DNA from: a virus
Virus record (IMG/VR): IMGVR_UViG_3300045988_112015
Location: 1-39,520 of that record
DNA length: 39,520 bases
Strand: one strand, 5' to 3'
Each line of letters begins with the position of its first letter. Position 1 is the first letter of the stretch. The translations under genes were made by a program, and so were the position numbers. Positions 6,847 through 12,890 of the stretch are shown in pieces. Below the pieces are notes generated by a model. That model was not told where the DNA came from. It did not search any database and saw only the letters and a program-made list of their open reading frames with translations.

Positions 6847-8439
6847 ATGACACCAAAAAAGGCGGCAATTTACTGTCGCGTTTCCACTACCTATCAGGTA
6901 GACAAAGATTCCCTGCCCGTCCAGGAAGAAAGTCTGATTGCCTATACCAAACAAGTTCTCGGTATAGACGAATACGAATTATTCACGGACGCCGGCTATT
7001 CCGGTAAGAATACGGAGCGTCCCGCTTATCAGGATATGATGAGCCGCTGCCGGAATCACGAGTTTACGCATATACTTGTTTATAAGATCGACCGCATCAG
7101 CCGCAATCTGTTGGACTTTGCGACAATGTACGACGAATTGAAGAAACTCCATATTGTTTTTGTGAGCCGCAACGAACAGTTTGACACTTCTTCCGCCATC
7201 GGCGAGGCAATGCTCAAAATCATACTGATCTTTGCCGAGCTGGAACGGAAGATGACCAGTGAGCGCGTAAAAGGTGTTATGACCGCTCGTGCAAGAAAAG
7301 GATTATGGAACGGGGCCCGTATGCCGTTCGGGTACGATTGGGACAAGGAAAAAGAAATCCCCGCAATCAATCCCACAGAGGCCGCCGTTGTACGCAAGAT
7401 GTTCGACATGCTACTTGCCGGTGACGGTGTTTTTCGTGTATCCGTCTACCTTAACGAGAATAAAATACCGACTAAGCGCGGCGGCAGGTGGACACCCACT
7501 ACTGTCCGGCACATTGCCACTAATCCCATGTTTGCCGGTACACTGCGATATAATTATCGTTCCGCCGGCCGCGGAGAAATTAAACCGGAATCCGAATGGA
7601 TTATTCTTGAAGAGGCCCTGCCGGCTATTATATCCAAAGAGGAATTTAATCAAGTGCAGACACGTTTTAAAAAGCCGGGGCCACATGAACACCGGCGGAA
7701 GAATTATCACCCTTTTTCCACCTTATTGTATTGCAGTTGCGGACAGCACTTTATCTCCCGCAAAGACAGAGTTAGGAAGCGCACAGGTCTTTGTCCCAGC
7801 GTCTATACTTGTGCCGGCGTCCGCCATCATTGGGGATGTCACGAGCTGCAACCTAGTGATGTAACTTTGCTGCCGTTTGTCATCACGTATATACAGAATA
7901 TGATGCGCGTACAGATTGCTTCCCCTGCGTCCGCATCCACCATGAAAGAAATACTTCTTCACAACTTATCCGGAGTATCCGATATTAAGGACATTAAAGC
8001 TATATATCGCGCATACACTCGTTCCCATCCTGCCGCTTATGAGATGCCTAATTCTTCACCTACTATCGATCTTGCGGCCGCTGAACGTCATAAAATCGAA
8101 AGAGCGCTGGCGCGTTTGAAAGATCTTTATTTGTACGGTGACGGCACATTAAGCCCATCAGATTATGCGGACGAAAAGAAAAAGTTAGAAAACAAGCTTC
8201 GTTCTGCCCCCGCCCCCGTAAGTTCTACGGAAGATGTTGTAACGGACGCTATCAGTCATGCTTCATTACAAGCGTTACTTTCTGCCGACTCTATGAGTTA
8301 TCCGGAAATCATGAGTTATGTGGACGACAAAACAATTCATAATTTCCTGCTCCGCATCATTAACCGCATTACTGTTGCCGGCAGACGGGTACAATCCATT
8401 ACGTTTTCCAACGGCGTCACTCATACATTTATATATTAA
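6847..8439 (+). CDS. int: Large serine recombinase (integrase)
   Basis: AAIYCRVSTTYQ is the catalytic-Ser resolvase motif. It is followed by a recombinase domain and a Cys-rich zinc-ribbon region (CSCGQHF...C..YTC) and a coiled-coil tail. The ATG at 6847 has AGGAAGGA upstream. Confidence 0.95.
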   Translation: MTPKKAAIYCRVSTTYQVDKDSLPVQEESLIAYTKQVLGIDEYELFTDAGYSGKNTERPAYQDMMSRCRNHEFTHILVYKIDRISRNLLDFATMYDELKKLHIVFVSRNEQFDTSSAIGEAMLKIILIFAELERKMTSERVKGVMTARARKGLWNGARMPFGYDWDKEKEIPAINPTEAAVVRKMFDMLLAGDGVFRVSVYLNENKIPTKRGGRWTPTTVRHIATNPMFAGTLRYNYRSAGRGEIKPESEWIILEEALPAIISKEEFNQVQTRFKKPGPHEHRRKNYHPFSTLLYCSCGQHFISRKDRVRKRTGLCPSVYTCAGVRHHWGCHELQPSDVTLLPFVITYIQNMMRVQIASPASASTMKEILLHNLSGVSDIKDIKAIYRAYTRSHPAAYEMPNSSPTIDLAAAERHKIERALARLKDLYLYGDGTLSPSDYADEKKKLENKLRSAPAPVSSTEDVVTDAISHASLQALLSADSMSYPEIMSYVDDKTIHNFLLRIINRITVAGRRVQSITFSNGVTHTFIY

Positions 8440-8441
8440 TT

Positions 8442-8474
8442 ACATCCCGTCGTAAAAGGCGGGATGTTTTTTTG
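8442..8474 (+). terminator. Rho-independent terminator after int
   Basis: ACATCCCG-loop-CGGGATGT stem followed by T7. Confidence 0.8.
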
Positions 8475-8484
8475 TAAAAAAATA

Positions 8485-8504
8485 AACGGCGCAATGGCGC
8501 CGTT
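8485..8504. terminator. Bidirectional hairpin terminator
   Basis: AACGGCGC-AATG-GCGCCGTT stem. It is followed by CTTTTC on the plus strand and a T run on the minus strand. Confidence 0.6.
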
Positions 8505-8779
8505 CTTTTCATCTGATTTAATTGTTCATTTGACATCCGTATGTAACTATAAATGCGAACTTCTGTTTATACATAAATATCCCCTCATTAGCATTGTATG
8601 TTATATAATATCATATCAACCACGTAGAGAACAGGCTGGATAATCAATATCTTTTTATCCAGCCCGTCCTTTTTTAATAAGTTGTTTAATAAAACGCCTA
8701 CCCAATAAACAACTTACCGTTGTTGTTTATTGGAATCGGCTTTGCTTAACTTCGTTTTTTCTTCCGCTCTCCAGGGCAT

Positions 8780-9274
8780 TTATATCCCCCTCATAATTGC
8801 GGCTCCTGTTACTATACCGGCGACCACTGCCCACATATTCCTCTGCCGTTTAACGACTCTCATCTTGTGTTCCATTGATTTGATTTGCTTCGTCAATGTC
8901 TCTAAGGATTCGGCTTGCCTCTTCAAGGTTTCGTCTGCCTTCTCCAACGAGATTTCGGCAATCATCAATTTTTCGTGCGTTTTCTGCAGTTGATTCTTGG
9001 AGTCGCTCAATTGATTGTAAAGAGTCGTCAATTCTTGCGATTGTCCCGTCGATGTCTTCTGTAGATTCTCTAATTTTATCTCCAGCAGATTTAATGTCAT
9101 CTCTTGCTGACTGATTATCGTCTTTAATCTGTTGTATTGTGACAACTGCATTACCACTGTTTCCTGCTGTGTGATCGTAGTGTCGGCAAAGCAGATACCC
9201 GACGGCAGCAACAATAACAATAAGCACGCAAGCAATATAAAGCGGACGTTTTTTATATTCTTTAACTTTTTCAT
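8780..9274 (-). CDS. Signal-peptide / coiled-coil / C-terminal TM protein, frame B (+1) of the overlapping pair
   Basis: The ATG at 9274 is 4 nt after the frame-A ATG and shares its RBS. It begins MKKLKNIKNVRFILLACLLLLLLPSGICFA|DTT, continues with heptad-like LQKTHEKLMIAEISLEKADETLKRQAESLETL, and ends with the C-terminal MWAVVAGIVTGAAIM. Confidence 0.45.
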   Translation of the reverse strand: MKKLKNIKNVRFILLACLLLLLLPSGICFADTTITQQETVVMQLSQYNRLKTIISQQEMTLNLLEIKLENLQKTSTGQSQELTTLYNQLSDSKNQLQKTHEKLMIAEISLEKADETLKRQAESLETLTKQIKSMEHKMRVVKRQRNMWAVVAGIVTGAAIMRGI

Positions 9275-9278
9275 ACAT
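8850..9278 (-). CDS. N-terminally membrane-anchored coiled-coil protein (i-spanin-like topology), frame A of an overlapping pair
   Basis: The ATG at 9278 lies 6 nt after GAGAGGAGA and 16 nt after the endolysin stop. It has a transmembrane segment LYIACVLIVIVAAVGYLLC followed by a charged helical region. Confidence 0.6.
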   Translation of the reverse strand: MYEKVKEYKKRPLYIACVLIVIVAAVGYLLCRHYDHTAGNSGNAVVTIQQIKDDNQSARDDIKSAGDKIRESTEDIDGTIARIDDSLQSIERLQESTAENARKIDDCRNLVGEGRRNLEEASRILRDIDEANQINGTQDESR

Positions 9279-9293
9279 GCGGATCTCCTCTCT

Positions 9294-9914
9294 TTAATAC
9301 ATAACATTGCAATCCACTTCCACCCCGGCAACAATCCCTCTATCTGTATATTGCCAGATCTTTACATTCGGGTAATCACAATTGCGGTCGTATTGTGCGC
9401 ACCATACCGGCACGGATGGGCACTGGCTATACATGTAGGTTTCATCCCACAGCAGGCTGTACCCACTGTACACTCCGACAAAGTCATATCCAGCCCGCCA
9501 CAATTGATTCACAAACACGCTGATGCAGTTTGTCATGGTTTGCGGCGTTACCACTCCATAATTAATGTTATTACGCAATTGCCGATGTTCTTCATAGTCG
9601 TACCATATCCCGGCTTTTACATGCCAATTCGTATACCCATGTTCAACTAACGTATTAATTACAAATGCCGCCTCTTTTTCTGCGGTTTGAGTATCATATG
9701 CACGTGAAAAGTAATATACGCCCACTTCCAATCCGGCATTTAGGGCCGCTGTCATATGCTGCGTAAAAAACTCATCTTCCTGGAAGCCCTCGCCAAGCTT
9801 TATAATCACAAAGCTGTTTCCCTCTTCCTTCGCCCGGCTCATGCGTGATACATCAAAGAGCGGCATACCGTTTATGTCGGCTTGCCAAGCCGATATGTCA
9901 AATCCGTTCGTCAT
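9294..9914 (-). CDS. Endolysin, glycoside hydrolase family 25 muramidase (single domain)
   Basis: N-terminal FDISAWQADI plus an (alpha/beta) pattern typical of GH25. No obvious cell-wall-binding repeat. It follows the holin gene. Confidence 0.85.
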   Translation of the reverse strand: MTNGFDISAWQADINGMPLFDVSRMSRAKEEGNSFVIIKLGEGFQEDEFFTQHMTAALNAGLEVGVYYFSRAYDTQTAEKEAAFVINTLVEHGYTNWHVKAGIWYDYEEHRQLRNNINYGVVTPQTMTNCISVFVNQLWRAGYDFVGVYSGYSLLWDETYMYSQCPSVPVWCAQYDRNCDYPNVKIWQYTDRGIVAGVEVDCNVMY

Positions 9915-10284
9915 AATTTTTCCTGGTCTCCCTTCTTGTTGATAGCGTTGTTATCGGTGTGTTTTGTGCATTTTCCAGCTTGTCAGGTATCCCGTCTCCG
10001 TTTCTATCGATCCACAGTGCCAAGAAACCCACCAGCGCCGTCAGTACCGTCGGTATAAAGATGTGATCAATTATCTTGATGCCCACATCAATGAGTTTTC
10101 CTGTATCATCGTCCAGATACCCACGAACGCACGTCATTGCATATTGGCTTATCACCAATAGAATAGGCACCAGTAATATGATTACCAGTGCCCTTGTTGC
10201 CAGTACCCCTGTCGGTTTTACGTTGGCTATCCGTATGTTTTCGTATACGGATTTTATTTTGTTGATGATTTTTGTTTTGTCCAT
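9898..10284 (-). CDS. Holin (two transmembrane segments)
   Basis: 128 aa with two hydrophobic helices (ALVIILLVPILLVISQYAM and IFIPTVLTALVGFLALWI) and a charged C-terminal tail. It lies immediately upstream of the endolysin. Confidence 0.6.
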   Translation of the reverse strand: MDKTKIINKIKSVYENIRIANVKPTGVLATRALVIILLVPILLVISQYAMTCVRGYLDDDTGKLIDVGIKIIDHIFIPTVLTALVGFLALWIDRNGDGIPDKLENAQNTPITTLSTRRETRKNYDERI

Positions 10285-10532
10285 TATTGCCCCTTAAAGT
10301 AATTGATAACAAATGATACAGCGGCGGCAATACTGCCCGCAATGATATAAATATAGTCAATGCGATGATGGGCCGACTTGGCGCTTTGCCGTGCAATTAC
10401 TGCAGTCTCTTTCATGTCGGTTATTTCCGCATCATGCCCGTTTACGACTACGCTTATTTGGCGTACCTGTTCTTCAATCCTGGCCAGACGATCAATAACC
10501 TCGCTTTGGAAATCATGTTCTCCCATACGCAT
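10284..10532 (-). CDS. XhlA-like (haemolysin XhlA family) lysis-associated membrane protein
   Basis: Coiled-coil N-terminal part (VIDRLARIEEQVRQI...) with a C-terminal TM segment IYIIAGSIAAAVSFVINYF. The preferred start, ATG at 10532, overlaps the upstream stop as TAATG. Confidence 0.5.
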   Translation of the reverse strand: MRMGEHDFQSEVIDRLARIEEQVRQISVVVNGHDAEITDMKETAVIARQSAKSAHHRIDYIYIIAGSIAAAVSFVINYFKGQ

Positions 10533-10663
10533 TATCCTTTCTTTTCGATGCATTTATTTTCTGTATCTTGCATTATTTTGGCACGTGTGTATTCCGGGCA
10601 TTTCTTATTCGTGCATTGTCCTTTCTTGTCCAATTTTCTCGCGCATACCTTGCATCTTTTCAT
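10532..10663 (-). CDS. Small zinc-ribbon-like protein (43 aa; below the ORF-track cutoff)
   Basis: My translation is MKRCKVCARKLDKKGQCTNKKCPEYTRAKIMQDTENKCIEKKG. It has CxxC...CxxxxC spacing. Its ATG directly follows the upstream TAA, and its stop overlaps the next ATG. Confidence 0.5.
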   Translation of the reverse strand: MKRCKVCARKLDKKGQCTNKKCPEYTRAKIMQDTENKCIEKKG

Positions 10664-11110
10664 TTATAACGCCCCCAATTCTTGGTTATAGTCCGTCATC
10701 GTTTGCGTATACTCTTCTTTGATTTCTGTCTGTAGCTCCTTGTCATCAAGTAGCACCGCCGTAATCATATTGTTCTTCAACTCGGTAAACCGTGGCTCGT
10801 ATTTAGCTGCTATTTTGACAGCTTCCGCGACCTTTTTCTCTTCTGCAGTCGGCTCCGGAGCGATATATTCAATCGGCTTCCCATTTGCACCTCGGATGTA
10901 ATTTCCGGTTACGTACTTATTAAAATCTTCTGCGGAAATAATCTCAATGACAGTCGCATCGGAAAACAGTTCTTTAGCTTCTTCTCTTAATATGTCAATC
11001 TTACCCTCATTTTTATCTTTTGTCGGATTAAACTCGCATATAAGCGATCCTACACGCTTTCCATCTGCAGCAAAACCAGCAATATAATATTCGACATTTG
11101 TATTATTCAT
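10664..11110 (-). CDS. Hypothetical protein (between fibre and lysis genes)
   Basis: 148-aa ORF with GGAGGA upstream. Confidence 0.6.
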   Translation of the reverse strand: MNNTNVEYYIAGFAADGKRVGSLICEFNPTKDKNEGKIDILREEAKELFSDATVIEIISAEDFNKYVTGNYIRGANGKPIEYIAPEPTAEEKKVAEAVKIAAKYEPRFTELKNNMITAVLLDDKELQTEIKEEYTQTMTDYNQELGAL

Positions 11111-11129
11111 TTCATCCTCCTGTTAAAAT

Positions 11130-11148
11130 AGCCTCCATAAAGGAGGCT
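11130..11148. terminator. Bidirectional hairpin AGCCTCC-ATAAA-GGAGGCT
   Basis: 7-bp perfect stem, T-rich on both sides. It sits between the fibre-cassette region and the next minus-strand gene. Its 3' arm also supplies a GGAGG RBS for the plus-strand small ORF. Confidence 0.5.
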
Positions 11149-11153
11149 TTATT

Positions 11154-11297
11154 ATGCGTAAACCTAACGGATACGGCTGTATTAAGAAACTAACTGGAAA
11201 TCGGAGGCGGCCTTTTGTTTTTGTAGTATCCGAGAATGGCAAGCAAAAGGCAGTCGATTACTTCTGTACACAAATCGAAATTGTAATTGGCAAATAA
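11154..11297 (+). pseudogene. 47-aa remnant resembling the N-terminal AP2-like DNA-binding domain of phage tyrosine integrases
   Basis: My translation is MRKPNGYGCIKKLTGNRRRPFVFVVSENGKQKAVDYFCTQIEIVIGK*. The NGYG.I.KL.G.RRRPF...ENGKQK...YF pattern is typical of that domain. No catalytic domain follows. Confidence 0.5.
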
Positions 11298-11307
11298 AGA
11301 GTGATAT

Positions 11308-11529
11308 CTAACTCTTGCCGACGGCAATCCATCGATAAGTTACACTTGTTGCACTTGCATTGTAAATCGTTGCCGTGGTATTGGTGCCGGAAGCTCCTAA
11401 CGGATGTGCACCGGACCCAACATCACCGGCTAAAATTTGAAAGCACTTACCAAAGCCAATAGGGAATTGGATAGTTGCAGATGTTCCGCTAACATCCCCA
11501 TTTCCCCACTGTTTAAATTTTTCCGATTG
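11308..11529 (-). other. Tail-fibre tip cassette 3 (start-less, stop-free 73 codons)
   Basis: QSEKFKQWGNGDVSGTSATIQFPIGFGKCFQILAGDVGSGAHPLGASGTNTTATIYNASATSVTYRWIAVGKS*. It is a paralogue of the fibre C-terminus (QWG ... WIAxGK). Confidence 0.7.
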
Positions 11530-11734
11530 CTACATACTGTGTAGATTGTGTCCATGTTGGCTGACTTGAATAAATTGCTATTGATCTCGTTGTTTTAAAT
11601 TGGGCACCATAACATATTGTTGCTTCTCCGGTATCGCCAGCTAAAACCAGTATCCCTTCACTTACCGCAACGGGGAGCGTAGCAACTATATGGGGACCGG
11701 TATAATCTGCAACTAATCCCCACTGTCTAAATTG
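11513..11734 (-). other. Tail-fibre tip cassette 2 (start-less, stop-free 73 codons)
   Basis: QFRQWGLVADYTGPHIVATLPVAVSEGILVLAGDTGEATICYGAQFKTTRSIAIYSSQPTWTQSTQYVAIGKI*. It is in the +1 frame relative to the fibre gene and overlaps its stop codon. Confidence 0.7.
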
Positions 11735-12890
11735 CTATTAGAAGCCAACAGAATACCGTCTGTCCATTGCCACCATATCCTTGACCTATTTCATAGTCAG
11801 TCGTGATATTAATAGTTGTTTTTGTGCATTCAGACCAATACGGGCATACAACAAAACCATTGAAATCCAGAGATCTTACAGTAACTTGAGCCGCAATAGC
11901 ATAATTTATGGGGATGGGAAGCTGAATGGAATGCTTGTTTCCATCTACCGTTAACACGGTACTTCCCCACTGTATAATTAGTCCACCAAAAAATGAGCCG
12001 AGGCATATATACCCGTTTCCCGCTAAGTTATATCTTACACCGGATGCCGTAAGCACCCATTTCAATAGCTGTCCGAACCAACTATTTTCTTGTAACGATG
12101 ATATAACGGTTATCATTTTCGTCAGTGCAAGTTGTTGGATAATGTGTACTGATCCCAGACTTAATTCGGGAATAACTCCCCATTCCCCCGATCCTTTTAA
12201 ATATTTATCTTGCTCGCCTTTTAGCGGTTTTGGCACTTTTCCGCCGGTGCCGTCTTTTGTAGCCGTCGCCCCTGTGAAATCTTCAAAAGTTCCCGCCAGG
12301 GCCGCCGCTTTATCTGCCGATGCTTTTGCGTCTTTTTTATATTGTTCCGCCGCGTTTTTTATTATCTCGGTATCTTTTTTCAAGCTTTCTACATTCTCTT
12401 TTAATCCAACCGTTTCATTTTTCGTTTCTTCCGTCTTTTCTTTTAGTTTTTCTACAGCGTTTTTAATTTCGTTGGTTTTGGCCAGTATTTCTATTTGCGC
12501 CTCTTTTCCCGCTTCTACCGCGTTTGCCGTTTCTTTTGCGATTTCTACATCGTATCCCATTTCCTGAAGAATCATAATCATCCAGTCGAGTTCTTTTTCA
12601 ATGGATATATACGGCATTTTGTTTGGTAAATCGACGTTCTGCTGCATTGGCGTACTGCGTATCAGTTTTATTTTGTTTGGTTTTTTTATCGGTTCACCCG
12701 CCACAGGATAGATATATTTATTTTCTTCTTTGTTGTACGTATAATTTGTTTCAATTTTTTTTTCACTTTCAAATTCATCCACAAGGTATCCGATAATATC
12801 CCCCGCGTCCCGGTACGGGTAAGGGAACGGGAACGACGTTGTTACGCCGTCCCCTTCATAGGTTATGCTTATTTTCGTTTCGTTTATCAT
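11727..12890 (-). CDS. Tail fibre / receptor-binding protein
   Basis: The N-terminus ISITYEGDGVTTSFPFPYPY is typical of podovirus fibre adaptor domains. A coiled-coil middle follows. The C-terminal GGLIIQWG...CWLLIAI tip domain is related to the two downstream cassettes. Confidence 0.8.
   Translation of the reverse strand: MINETKISITYEGDGVTTSFPFPYPYRDAGDIIGYLVDEFESEKKIETNYTYNKEENKYIYPVAGEPIKKPNKIKLIRSTPMQQNVDLPNKMPYISIEKELDWMIMILQEMGYDVEIAKETANAVEAGKEAQIEILAKTNEIKNAVEKLKEKTEETKNETVGLKENVESLKKDTEIIKNAAEQYKKDAKASADKAAALAGTFEDFTGATATKDGTGGKVPKPLKGEQDKYLKGSGEWGVIPELSLGSVHIIQQLALTKMITVISSLQENSWFGQLLKWVLTASGVRYNLAGNGYICLGSFFGGLIIQWGSTVLTVDGNKHSIQLPIPINYAIAAQVTVRSLDFNGFVVCPYWSECTKTTINITTDYEIGQGYGGNGQTVFCWLLIAI

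Noticed and set aside
11300-12000. Diversity-generating retroelement (suggested by the BPP-1-like structural module and the repeated fibre 3' ends)
   Set aside because: No reverse-transcriptase ORF exists anywhere in the genome. The cassettes are highly diverged paralogues sharing only a 10-nt core plus short motifs, not a ~90%-identical TR/VR pair with adenine-specific differences.
11300-12000. Mu/P1-type invertible G/C segment or shufflon
   Set aside because: All three tip units are in direct orientation on the same strand, with no flanking inverted repeats. No small Gin/Cin-type invertase is adjacent. The only serine recombinase is a 530-aa integrase 3 kb away in the lysogeny module.
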